Source: Trichoplax adhaerens (lineage: Eukaryota > Animalia > Placozoa). From it: 64,000 nucleotides of DNA. This document shows, piece after piece, positions 10,266 through 24,200 of this stretch. Within the stretch, counting starts at the first letter, position 1, and each line of letters starts with the position of its first letter. The stretch spans positions 1,010,600 through 1,074,599 of the forward strand of contig NW_002060961.1 of assembly GCF_000150275.1 (NCBI RefSeq). The letters are read 5' to 3'. A program made the translations under genes and the position numbers. The notes beneath the pieces were generated by a model that saw only the letters and a program-made list of their open reading frames with translations, had not been told where the DNA came from and searched no databases.

Positions 10266-13200
10266 TCAGATCGCGTTATTGTCAGTTGTTGAGTCTCCGG
10301 TATCCAGTTCCGTTATTAATGGCAATTTTCCGTCAGATGCACCAGGCATAATGATGCTATTTTCTGTATTATTGTCTTGCTCCTCCCTAAATTTAATGAC
10401 AGTTTCCTTGGCTTCGATCAAATTACAGTTCTCTCCATTTTGTATAATACAAATCGAATCTTGTAATATATCATTGCAAGACTCCTCAGCTTCCGATTCA
10501 CTATCGCTTTGCAATTTTCGCTTTTTGGACTCTCTACCTTTGTCTTCCGAGCTATCAGATTCATCTTCATCGTCTTCTGTCGTGGATGAATCGGTATCCG
10601 AGCTATCCGATGTACTAGAGTCATTGTCTGAGCTGTCAAAATTCACTAATTTGGGAGTCTTTGAATCCGTATTTTCTCTACAAACACCATCATCCTTTGA
10701 TGTATCATCGTCTGAACTATCGCTTGATTCCGAAGTGCTCTCTGTGCTATCACTTGCTTCTTCATCTTCTAGAAGTGTAAAAATTAGGTACTAGTAAGAT
10801 ATTCAGGTCTACAATACGATACCAAAGTCGAAATGCATCGTATATTTTGCAGTAATTAACAATGCCAGATCCAAACCTGAACTTTGATCGGCGTTTTTCT
10901 TGTCTAAAAAATCACATAATGCATTATGCAGGACCACAACCAGAGTAGGAAATTCAACGATAGTTTTTCCAATTAAATTATCTCGTAAACTTTTATCTTT
11001 GTCTAATATAAAATAGCTGCAATCATTGCAAATGGTGTTATACGAGTATGTTACTGTCTCAGATACAGAGACGGAGATTGCTTTATCAATGGAAAGAATT
11101 CTACTACATGATCGGTAGAGTAATAAAATGTCCATACCTTGATACATGTGTTTCCTTACAATCATTCTTTAATAAAACGTAAATATCTTGGTGGCTGACT
11201 TTACAGTAGCGTTTGAGTCTTTAAACATCAAAGGCACAATTTGCAAAATAAATAGAAGCAAAAGAGGTGCAAACAATAAATTATTTAATACACCTATTGA
11301 TTGCAATACCTGTGTAAAAGCATGGGATCTCCTTCCGAGGGATGAATGAACCTATTCAATAAGGATGACACCAGAAGGGTATCCTTAACCCTAAAAAATG
11401 CAAGAGACGTAAGTATATTTTTAGTTGCAAAGAGTGTTCAGATTACTTCATGACTTAAAACACTGTCATTCACTGTGAGGCTTACCTATCATCGACAAAA
11501 TCTACTTGCTCTTGTGGAAAGATCCATTTTATACGCCAAAGAATGCATTTATCCCTATAAAGAATAGCAGACATATTGCTTTAATGGTAAGTTCGCTCTA
11601 TCTATGTAATGTAGTCAATGTACTATTTGCAGTTATATTATCTATACTTTGCAAAAGTAAATATATTTGGGTAGTGCTACCTAATGTGCCAATATGTTGT
11701 ATTTTCCGATCGCTTCGTAAATTTTTCCGGCATAATCTTTACATTTATACCTAAATTGCGTGATTCATTCCTAAAGATATTAAGCTGCATCCAAGACAAT
11801 CAAATTAGCTAGGGAATACGATGCAATTTTGTACAATTACAAGTAGCACATTTTATGCATGCGAGACAGCAGTAATACGTTACGGAGATTGTAATTGCTT
11901 AGGTCGTAAGCGATTTTTATTAGCGACAGTGATTCAATATCCTAATACTTTCATCCTATTTCTAGCAATGTATGTAATGAACATACACGTAATTTATACG
12001 ACCACAGGAGTAATAGAATATTAACTAAACATTTAAACAACCTCCTCCTAGGTAAAAATACCAACTCATATAGGATGCATTAGCATATCTAATTTAAATT
12101 GAATTTTACTATTGTTAAAATCAATAAAATAGTCTACTGTAATTGATAATTGTTCATACCATCTTGCGTCTACTTCTTTTGGGGCCTTGAATAATTGAAT
12201 CTCTTTTGCTGTTATCTGCTACTCTAGCAACGTCTTCCAGAAAATGATAATCTTTATAAAAACAAAACAGCGCTTTCAGAATCGCTACTGACATAATAAT
12301 TTACAGACCTTACAAATGGCACATCGGCAGGCAACAAGTACTTATTAAAATTGTACAGTACAAGTATCATATAATATAATCTAATGCCATGGTATTAATC
12401 GCAAAACATCAAGATGTAGTAGTTACCGTTCAATAAATGTCGATCCGCAAATTCGCCTAGAGGTACGTAAGCCACTCTATTTCGTTGTCCGCTACAGGAA
12501 TGATTAGTCTTGTGCTGTTTAACGCAGCTTACACTAATAAAAGTGCAAGAAATGGTGCTGTTATTAAACTGAAACACATACTAATTTCTCATCGAAGAGG
12601 TCATATACAATACCTAGTACTTCAATTTTAGACAGGACTTACCAGCAAGATTTTCTTAAGCATGATGGGCATGTATATTTCGCTTCGTTCTTCTTGCAGG
12701 TGGAGCACTGATTTCTAAAAATATAAATAAGATTTATTTAGGTAACCCTGCAACTTACATTTCTTGTTCTTCACGTATTCTCATATTATTAACAGAATAT
12801 ATATTTTGGTACTTTATTCTGTCCATCTTAAAATAAGTAAGAGTTAATTTAAAGATTAATTTAACACATAAGCTCTACTTTAAATCAATCTTAGCCTCCA
12901 TGCAAACCAATCCATTTCTTCTGCTAATGAATACCCTAAGTAAGCTATAATCTAATCATTTTGTTGACTATATCTATATACTAGCTGTAACAGAATTTTG
13001 GCCTATAAGTACTATCGTACGCATATTGTGACACTGATGATTGATTGTTTCATCAGCGCAATGGCAAACGACTAATAAATTTATTTTTCACTTTCATTGA
13101 ATTTTCAACTATTGCAGTATTAGAGGATTTCAATCAGCTAATAGATGAATTTGGCAATTTCTTCCAGTGAATTAATATCATCCATCTTCATCCATTTTGG

Positions 13201-14010
13201 GGTGGACATCACTACTAACGAATAGATACTAGTAGCCTTTCATACATATTGCAGTAGCGAGAGCCTGTTTCGTGTTAAACAATCATACGAGTACAAGACG
13301 TAGAGTATTAATCATCAATCTTTCGATCGTCATTATTGAATGGATTAATATCATCAACTAACAAGTACACTTTGCAAAAGTATTCCAGTACAGTAGCATC
13401 TATTCAGGCATCATTGCTACGGTGAGTTATCGCTTGGCGCTAAGACCATCGTACAATATGCATTATCGATTTTTTGATCATCAATACCAACAAGGACTGC
13501 ATTAAAGCACTACCATACCAACCATAACAACTCAACTAAAATACAGTAGCTCAATATCTTGAATAATTTCGTATGCAAATTGCAAAGAATTCACAATATA
13601 CATTCATGCATGGTAGTGAAGTCTTGCTCCATATTTCAGTCAAGGTACAACAACACACGTTGGCAAATTTTCCATCATCATTACAGTAAAGCAAGGAACC
13701 AAAACTTAACTACCTTATAAAATTGGACTAATATCGTAATGTACAAATCTGCAATTTGCAAAGAAATGATATCCAAAACGATTGACCAACCTGAAGAGTT
13801 TACCTTCAAGTACAGTCATCCATTTCACTACAAGTATCAATCATACGGTAGTAATATAATTCTTAGTCTCTATTCTACAGTGTATATCCACTCTACAGTA
13901 TAATTATATCAGTTAAAGCTCGTTCCATCCATTTCGATTTACCTCAGGTCAGTTTGGCTGAGCAACTTTGCAATTGCACCATTCGATTTATTCATATCAG
14001 CAGTCTCCAT
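10266..14010 (-). CDS. ZNHIT6: Box C/D snoRNA protein 1 (zinc finger HIT domain protein 6, BCD1)
   Basis: First exon 14010-13943 (METADMNKSNG...). Then HIT finger CSTCKKNEAKYTCPSCLRKSC..SCVKQHKTNHSCSGQRNRVAYVPLGEF...DYHFLEDVAR, LGINVKIMPEKFTKRSENTTYW, ILWRIKWIFPQ, and SLRDNLIGKTIVEFPTLVVVL. An acidic Ser-rich last exon ends at stop 10266. Confidence 0.9.
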
Positions 14011-15773
14011 GGTGAATTCTTCTTATTAAGCGTAAGCATGGAAATTGGAGATGCTGCCCAACAGTCACTTGCCAATTTCCTGGTCTTAGTATCGGCAATG
14101 CTAAGTTAAAGCTGGATTGCAATTATCCGTTGGAGAACTCCAAGTAAAGAAGCTAAATAAGACAGCGATCATTGATTTCCTCCAGCTGCAGCCATTCTGC
14201 AGAGATCCGAGGTAAGATTGAGATGTTGATCAATTTATTATAGTATAGGACAGCCAGTTTTTACAGGTACAGACTGGGTGTAAACGAATGGTTTGCGATA
14301 GTATACTCTCTTTTAACTGCGCTAAGCCGAACACGTGGATTGTATAGTTTAGACTATACACTGTATAAAACAAGAGATTTCAGTATAGGGAATATACTAC
14401 CTGCTGCTAGGCGAATTATCGACAGTAATGTCTGTCTGTAATTGAAAAAAAGCCAATGTCGGTACGCCCGTATGTCCGTACATCTAGATGTCTTTAGTGC
14501 CTTAGCAAAGGGCTTCGTCCTCGAGCTCATCGCAGAATAAGCTAGAAGCATAGTCTCGCTCCAGTTATCTGAGAGTTAGAACCATTTGTACGCTATGATT
14601 CTAACATGGACAAGCTACTGGTTTTATAGTTTAGTGCACAGAGCTATAGAGAAAAGAAATACTTGCTCAAATACCCAGGAATCGAATATAATTTAGCTCG
14701 CAAACGTCTTTGCAACTATAGTATCAAACAATTATAAAATTATACGACTAGGTCAGCCAAGCTATGGTAAAAGTCCATTTTGTTCGTATTATAAATACCA
14801 GTTAGAATATCACAAATTTAACTAGATAATTTGCGGTTGCCCACAATATTAAAAGGAATATAGCTTTCTACTGTATGCAGCAAAGCAACATTGCATAATG
14901 ACTATCCGAGTATATACGCATACTCTCTCGTGTACTTGTAACTTAGCTTAAAAGAAAAGAAAGGAGCAGTGTCCTTAAAAACTTGATGATAGAATAATTC
15001 ATCAACTAGTACTAGTACTAGTACTAGTACATTCAAGATACTGATCTACCTCGATAGCAGATTGGTAACATCGGCTAACCTGATAAACTACGAGTATTAT
15101 AGTTTTAGTACAAAAAGGCTCTATGACAGAGCTATAAAATACAGAATAGAGAGAGAAAAATTCCTAAATTATGCCCTATGGTTGAGCATAATTAATTTAC
15201 AACGCAAATATTAGTACAATTAATCACCAAGGGGCTCTTAAGAAGTCCCTGAATCAGCCAAGCCGAAAGTCTATTTTGAATGTATTTATTAAAACGATTC
15301 ATCGCCAGCTATAATACCATGCATTTGTACAGATAATTTACGGTGGGTTGCAATGCTAAAACAATTAAACCTTTCTACTACAGGTAGTAATGGTGATACT
15401 GAGTCATGTTTACCACTAGATTAAATTACATCATTCCAGACACGGATAAGATATAGAATAGGTAAAAGACAGTTTTAACATTGCTACATGAAATTTATGG
15501 AGATGAATCATAAAGTTAATGATATAAAATTGGTCGACTTTTATCAATTTACATATGGAGGGCTTATGAAATGAATCAAACAAGAAAATGATAATTGGTA
15601 ATAAAACATCCACTCCAAACATAAGGTTAAACATTTCCTGCATTAGCAAATTTGTACAGAAAAGTAATGCCAGACAATATCTACTGTACGTAGTATTTAT
15701 ACACCATGTCGTTTGAGATGGGCAATCTTAGTATGTAGAGAACTAGAACAGAATCATGGAAATAGTTGCAGTC

Positions 15774-17465
15774 TCATTTTTCTGAAACAATCAATTCATT
15801 GCAACTCCAGTCTTCATAGCTCCCATCCGGTAAGAAACGACGTACAATCATTGGGATTTTATTAGCTCTATTGATGAAAATTTTAAATTTGGGAAGAGTT
15901 AAATGAAAACTCTAACAAGACAATCTGAATAAGCTGGATAGTGAAATTGCTTCCTATAGATACTCACTTTAACTCTTTTAATGCAATTTGTAACGGATCT
16001 GTTTCCCCTTCTAATTCAACCATAACAGGAGCGTTCATACTATAATGAATTGATATCATAACAAGTCCGTAAACATTTTACGAGAGGACTATCGTCAATT
16101 TCAAAAGTCATTTTCAATTAAATCAACCTGATTTGTAGAGCTCTCGTTCCCAAGATTCTTGCTCTTTCATATTTCGTCATGTAAGGTTGTGTTGTCCTTT
16201 TACTTGGATCCTGCCGTTGATCTATTTCCAGTATAAGTAATAGAAATCAAGCTTTGCTATCTTGCATACCTTGATACATTTGTTTAAATCATGAATTATC
16301 AACGCTAACCTCTATTGACTAAGTAAAAAGTATTTGATCGCCATGGCGTACAAATACTATTTAACATACTTAAAGTATGCAACTCTATGATTTTTTACGA
16401 TGGGCTAATCATAACAAGCTAAGTTTCCAGGATATAGTTTCATATTCGATTCGATATTCGTATATTATGATGAATTTATTTAACTATCATCAACACTACT
16501 CTATCGATTGAATGAAAAGTACTTGATCTATATAGCATATTTATGGTGTCAACTATTGCATGCTTAAAAGTATTTAACTGCATGATTATTTATGATTTGC
16601 TAATCGTGATAAACAGAAGTTCTAGAATACATCATTAATATTTCATTCATACACACTATGATGAAATCATTTAAACTATCATCAACACTATATTCCTACA
16701 TATCATAATGCACGAATTTAATCTATCATTAGCGTTATCCTCTAATTAAATAAATAAAGTACTTGATCGATCTTGCGTATAACTACCACTTGCCTCCCTA
16801 AGCTGGCAACTGCGAAGAGTATTTGTGACGCATTACTCGTAAAGTACTTATGTGCTGTATTTCCACTACGAACTTAAACGATTATCATCATCATGGTATC
16901 GATTAAATATCCAAAGCAATAATCCTTAGTTCAGACGTATTATGATGATATACCGTAGACTAAATTCGATATCGATTATGAGAGTTATGTAAGGAAAATT
17001 AGATTAAAACAGTAACCCAGTTTAACTTGCTATGCAAAACAGAACAAGCTTTGCCAATCTCTCATCTTGTCATATCTAACCTGCTTGGGCAGCCTGCACG
17101 GCCGCAAATTCATCACCATCTAAAGCATTTTGCTATAAGATAAAAGATAAATGATGGCATCATTCCATTCGGTTCAAACTAGTACCTCAAGGTGATAACA
17201 TAATCACATAACAGGGATATAAAAAGATTTGAAAGATGATTTTATCAATCATGATCAAACCATCCATGGATTTCGATTGTAAGACACTTACATCTTGATA
17301 ATTATCGATAGGTTCTTCATCAAGATCATCAACATCGTCATCAAATCTACAAAAGGCAGATACTATTAGTTCTACCGTCCAATATATCCATCAAAGCTCA
17401 ATTCTACTACAAAATCAATTCATTCTATCGCCAATTTACCCGTCGTAATCGCCATCATCCGCCAT
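15774..17465 (-). CDS. POLR2F: RNA polymerase I/II/III shared subunit RPABC2 (RPB6)
   Basis: Spliced translation [21 protein letters not shown]...[48 protein letters not shown]...[28 protein letters not shown], the classic RPB6 signature. Confidence 0.96.
16270..16800. repeat. Degenerate tandem duplication (~190-240 bp, ~2.5 copies) in a POLR2F intron
   Basis: Repeated ctctat...aaagta(c/t)ttgatc and tatgatgaa...aactatcatcaacacta blocks. Confidence 0.65.
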
Positions 17466-18282
17466 GCTGAATTTGGATTTTGAAAAGGAACAAGTGGCTT
17501 ATGCGCATGACGACTTACATTGTCTTTCAGTCTGACTTTCCGTACATTCTTCACCTACTGTATGTCGTGCTATTGGAGTTCCTATAGCAAAACTATATTC
17601 TAAAGTCATGTTCGATACAGTATACTATAAGCATCACTGAAATTCAAACAAAGCGTGACAAAGTGACGTCAACTGTCCTACAGTACTAATCTGCGATTGG
17701 ATGACATTACTTTTATTTTAATAGTACAGTACATCATGCATACTATATTGAATAGCATTGGTGTATTTCTATGCAACAATGGATCATAATTTGGGTACAA
17801 GTCTATTTTACTATCAACTTTAGCAACATATATAATGTCACCCATGTTACAGTATCAAGCATACCGGGTGACATTAGTTTTGATCTGCTGTCTTGATATA
17901 GCTATACAATACACTAAGATATTAGCTGCCATAACTATAGTACATTGTCTCAATCCTACAGTAAAAGTACTCTAGTACTAGTCGCGATGTTGCTAGGCAA
18001 CTCTACTTGCATACTTTCCATATGGAGGGATAGCTCAGAGCTGGCATCTGCATTCACATTAGTCATCAGCTCTAAAATTAATTAGCATGCAATTGTAATA
18101 GTCAGCTATTAAATGCTACCTTTCAAGCAGTCATAAAGACATTAAATATTGATTGCCTTTTCATATCAAATTGTATTTCAATGTTTAATTAATGTGATTA
18201 TCAAGGATATAAATAAGGAGTAGAAATGCGCGTAAAATCGGAAAGATTGTTCGCTATTTCAGTTGATTTCGATCCATAAGCG

Positions 18283-21200
18283 ATGGGAATTAGCCTTGGT
18301 TGTCAAAGTTCCAATCAACCTGTTCAACGTGATACTTTTAATATACCAGTCATTCGGATCGATCGACCTTCGAAAGAGGCACAAGCCGAAACAGAATCGG
18401 TGAAGAGTAGCATCGATGATAGTATCAATGACCTTTCAAATGGGAATAAGCAAAGTCAATATGCTAGAACAAAGTCATCATTGGATGACAACAAGGATGA
18501 AACGGTAATGCAAAACGACGATGAGAATGGCAACATTGTAGCAAATAGTCGCCAATTAACGAATACTACCTCTAACGAAGAGGACATTACTCCAATGGAG
18601 AATTGTTATAACGATAAGCTAAATTTTTCGAATGATATCAATGATGTCGACAAATCGATAATGGATAACGCTGTCAAAGCAGTACAAGATGGTAGTAATG
18701 AATGTAACGTTACTAAGGACAAACATCAGAACGGATCCATGATAAATAAGACTATGAATTTGAAAGAAAATCATTCAAATCTTGATGAGATTAGTAATAG
18801 CTGTAGTAATGTTTTGCATCAAGCAGAGGATCCTGTTGAAAAACCTCTAGATGAAGTACAAAATAAAATTATCAATGATATTGCCTCAAGTAAAGTCGAT
18901 TTTAACCGCCATAATCTTCAGACAGGAAGCACTGCTAGCAATGGTGTCGGAGATACTTTACTTGCGGCTACTGCTAATCAAGAAATTGTAAGTAAAGATG
19001 ACCAAGGAAATCATAATAGTGATAGAAGCGATAGCAATCATGTTCAAGATAACATTATCCATTCTTCATCTTCTGCCGTGGATGAAATGATAATCAATAG
19101 CCAATGTAAAGAGATCGGAAGCGAAAACAGACCTATAGATAAATTACAAAATAATATCAACAATTTAACTAGTGAAGAAGAAAATCGTCATAATATTAAC
19201 CAAACCATGACGTCGTCGCTAGTAGTAGATGCTACGCCTAAAAATAGTAAAGAAATAGACTTTTCTACCCAATCCGATCCTCAAAATTTGCAAGATGTTG
19301 TAGATCGTTGTTGGAAGGAAATCAATCAAAGTCGAAATTCTTCAGATAACCCTCAAAATTCGAATATCAAGAATAGAACAGGATGGCAGTGCATTCGAAT
19401 ATTTGTCTCATCGACGTTTTCAGATTATCATTCGGAACGTGAAGTGCTTGTTAAAAAGGTAAATATATAAGAGTAACTATTCATACATCATTGATTGTCT
19501 TTGATATTTGTACACTCGTAGAGCTTTATAATTTGAAACAATGTTTCAAATTCAGATTAATATATCATTGATTACCTCCAGCAATCTACATTTTTAAAGC
19601 GTTACAATTTGAAGCAATGTTTCAATTTCATTTTAATATATCATTGATTGCCTCCGGTAATTTACATTCTTAGAGTGCTACAATTTGAAGAAACGCTTTC
19701 AATTTCCATGAATTTTAAATTGCTTTATTGTACTAAAGTTTTGCGGTCAGAGTTTTTATATATATCAAGTCCTTGAGACACAATTGAGATGTCGTAGTGT
19801 CTGTAAATGATGGCACCAATTTTTTGATTTGTCTGCGTGCTACAAGGATTAAAATTTCAAATGAACTAAATGACTTGTCTTATAACACACAGGTCTTCCC
19901 AGAACTTCGTGAGTGGTGTGAAGAAAAGTGTCTCTATTTGATTGATTGCGATCTTCGTTGGGGGGTACCGAAAGATTCAACTACGGAGGAAGTTTTACTG
20001 ACCTGCTTAGAGGAAATTGACCGATGTCATGAAGAAACTGATGGGCATCCATTTTTTATTAATATGTTAGGAGACAGGTAAGAGTTTTAGCAACGTATAG
20101 CTTGATAGTTATCAATTTTTTGCTTTTGCTAAAGCATTACGAGATTTTTTCAAACTAATTTCAACAGTCTAGAATAACAAACTAACGCATGAACGATTCT
20201 CTGTTTTGTTTCATAAGGCTTTTTATTTCTTAATTACTGCTAAGTAACAGATAATAAACTAGTGTTTATGCTGACTTATTAAATAAATAGAATATTATAA
20301 CTTCCTCATTATAAACACAGACTCATTATTGGCTCATCATTGCTCTAGTTATATGCTGACATTACTTAATTTTAAAAACTTTTAAATTGGAACTGGCAAC
20401 CTATCATTTGCTTTAAATAATAAATTTGGGTCATTATCCAATTAATTTTATGCTATTTAGGTATGGATGGACGCCGTCATCAGATCAAGTTGCCGATAGT
20501 ATTGCACAAAAGTATAATTGGATCTTTCCTTTATCTATAACTCATATGGAAATTTTACATGGGGCCTATCGAAATTGTAATCCGAATGCGGCTTTCTTTA
20601 TTCGAGATTCAAGTATTCTTAACGACATACCAAAAGAATATCATTATCAATTTAGTGATAATAGCTTATTGTCCAAGCTACAGTTACAGGTTTTGTTTCT
20701 TTTCTACAAAAGAGTTACAAAAATATTAGATACTACGCTATTTTCATCTTATATGTAATAATTACATCTCGATATACAAAATACAGACATTAAAAGAACA
20801 CCTGCAACAAACGATGTCTAGTCAAGTATTTCATTATTCGTGCCAATATGACGGGATAATATCGCCACTTGGTGAACAAGAAAAGGTACTTAAGTTGATC
20901 TCTATAGCTAAGCTTTTTTTCTTCGCTTAGTAAAATATTTTACGCTGGTTATTTCGAAAACTTCCAGATTAGCCTTATTGGGTTAGACGATTTTGCTGAG
21001 AAAGTACTAAAATTTTTCAAGACTGCTATCGAACGGCAATATCCTACTATCAAAACGGAAATATCTCCCTACGAAATAGGTTAGTAAAGTGTTATTTCAA
21101 AATTTATAATTCTATTTAATATCAAGCCCTTTCGTTATTCTTGACTGCAATAACTTGAATGAAGATTACGTGCAGCTATTTGTAGATATCCACTCTCCTA

Positions 21201-24200
21201 TGTTTGATAGCTTTTGCTTTCGTACCATATCCGAACATCATTTCCTATTTTAATGTATTTTCGACAGCACTGTTTGAACATTATGCATCAGTGATTTTTT
21301 CGATTTATGTCAAATCAGCTAAGCCTAATAAATACAGTAGGCCTGCTACGGTACTATGTTTCCTAAATTATGGAATTAAAGAAAGTGTTGTTTCTCACAG
21401 CATTTCAATGTTATATGTTTTGTCGATTATAGTACAGTGTGTCTACTGATTACGAGACTTTTAGAAAAGTAGTTGTTAAGCGTTACAGTAGATATAGTAC
21501 TAAATCTTTCGATAAATTGGACTAGTAATCTGTAGAAGCAACTCAAAGTAAGTACTTTACGTTGACTAGACTAGTAGACTTGTCAGGAAGTAGTCTGTGA
21601 CAAGGCCATATATCAAGCGCTAGCTATTGCATAAAAAGCCATACTACTTTATAAAATTTTGCTTTGTATAATATCCGCATAGGCGTTGATTTTAATTGAA
21701 CACCGACGAAGATTTTCATCATTCATCATAAATTTTACAAATATCATATTTTTATTTTATTATCTTACTGCATATAACTATTCCTCTCGTATTTTGGCAC
21801 CTTGAATTTTATCCATAACCATACTGTAGTAAATTAACGGGCATAGATTCTCGCCATTCCTTAATCAATTTGCAATGATGATTAATATGAGCAAGAGGTT
21901 ATGCAATTTTTTTTCAATTTTTTTCTAATTTATGGATCTCATTTTGTTCATTTTAAAGAATTTGCAAGTCATGAAATATTCATGCAAAGCCGTGGCAGGC
22001 AGGTTCTCGGTAGAAAAAGTGAGATCCAATCTGTTGTTCATTATGTTACTACTGCAAGCAATCAAGCCTCGGAAGATGATAATAATGATCAGTTAAAGAC
22101 TTATTCTGATGATACGGTTTCACCGTTAGTTATTACTGGTGCATCTGGTATGGGTAAATCGGCATTAATGTCAGCTTGTGTATTGACTTTGCAAAAGGTA
22201 AATGAATTCGTAGGCGTTAAGCTTTACAAAATATTTTTATTAACATGATCGCTTTTTCCATTTGGCTACATTAATTTTTTATTACCTTTACTCAATAGAT
22301 GAATTTCGACGTCTTTTATCACTTTATTGGAGCTTCTCCTAGCTCAACGAGTGTTCATGAGATGATTTTGAGAGCTTGCTTTTATATGAAGGATCGTTAT
22401 CGCGGTAAATAAAATATGAATTTCGCATTTCCTATTTCGACTTTCTAATTTTATCATTCATAAAAGACATTAAGCGGTACGGTCCTGGTATTTTGATAGA
22501 TGATTTCAAAGATTGATAAAATTCTGGATCTAAGTCGATTAATATTAATTCAGATAATTAATTGAATATTTGAAATGTTTTACCGCGAAAATTTCTAACA
22601 TAGCCTACCTGGAAATGGCAATGTTTTTATTCGATTATGTTATGAAGTTAATCAAGCGCCGTGTACTAATTGTTCTCACATTTTATACTATATCAAATTT
22701 TTAGAAAAGTTAAAAGCAAGTGATGAAGATATAGACAGTTTGAGCCGTATTTCAACATCAGAACTATTTCACTATTTTCGTCAATGGACGGAAGATATTG
22801 CGACCGCCATCACTTCACCATTTGTGCTTATTTTTGATGCCCTAAATCAGGTAGAATACCAAACCTAGTGAATTTATTTGTATCACTGATATTATTAGCT
22901 TGTTAATAGTATACAGTGATCATTCAATTAATATATAGTTAGGAAACTGTGATCTAAGTTGGTTACCCAAGAATTTACATGGAAAAGTAAGAATTTTATT
23001 TAGCGCTATCGATGGAAGTGCTGAACTGAGCAAACTGATGGAGCATCCACTGCAACTGCAGCAACTTCAGCTAACGCAATTGGATACTAATGCAAGGAAA
23101 GAAATTGTCGTCCACATATTAGCTCAATATCGAAAAGTAATTCAAGATCGATTACCTATTTGATGGACTGATTTATATAGTTATAAAATCAGCAGATATA
23201 AATCTTTATTGATATTCCTAATATTTTCTCACAATTTCGATAGTCTCTAGATCAGATTCAGCTTGATTTGTTGACATCATACCCTGCCGCATGCAATCCA
23301 TTATGGCTTGCATTAGCATGCGAAGAGCTGCGAGTTTTTGGAATATTTGAACAAGTTACCGATAAGATTAAAAGATTTTCAGGTGCTTGAGATTAAGTTT
23401 AACTTTTGATAAGTATATTCTTAATCAGTCATTCTTATACTGTATTCTATTGCTGTAACTGGTTTGTTATCCAGTATTAATATTAATTTGTGTATGTGCT
23501 AAATATCGTTTGAGAGTATAAAATTTTTCACGATCAGAAATCAGCTAATCTCGAAATATTAATGGATATTTCTACCACAATTGCATTAAGGAGTTAGTTT
23601 TTGTTTGCTGCGTACTTGAATATTTACTAATTGACTAATGGGCTTTTATGTGTGTTGAATAATGTTTTACAGAAACCTTAGAAGGTTTACTAAAAGATAT
23701 TTTGGAACGTATTATTAGTGAAGATAACTATGGCATAGCCAAAAAGGTGAATGGCAATCAAATGTAACAATGCTTCGTTAGTCGATCCATTATTTTAACT
23801 AATTATATTGAAATCATCAAACATGAGAGTAATGATATTTATTAGAAGCCAAGATTGTTTGCTTATGTATAAGATATCATGCATATTAGAGATTTATTAT
23901 ATTGTTTCATAATTAATAGGTCATTTTACTAGTTACCCTAAAAGTGTCTAGCGTAATAGCCTATTTCGCTTCTTGGTTAGAAATTACGTACTTTTGTTAA
24001 AAGCTCTAAACCTAGGTTGTTTGCTTTCGTACTAGATATTATGTCTAATAGAGACTTCTAGGCATGGACTATATGAAATCGAATTAAAGCAAGTATTAAG
24101 TCAATTAGAAACCTTACCTATGCTTGCTTGGGCGCAAGCTTATCGAGCGTTAAAGCCTTTCTTAAGGAATTACCAAAGCAATCAAGGAGTCGCCGTCCTA

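Noticed and set aside
10192-10794. 200-aa + strand Ser/Leu-rich ORF
   Set aside because: Antisense shadow of the low-complexity acidic last exon of ZNHIT6.
11379-11389. Perfect U12 donor/branch-like GTATCCTTAAC on +
   Set aside because: It is the antisense of a ZNHIT6 coding exon start (VKDTL); there is no + strand gene here.
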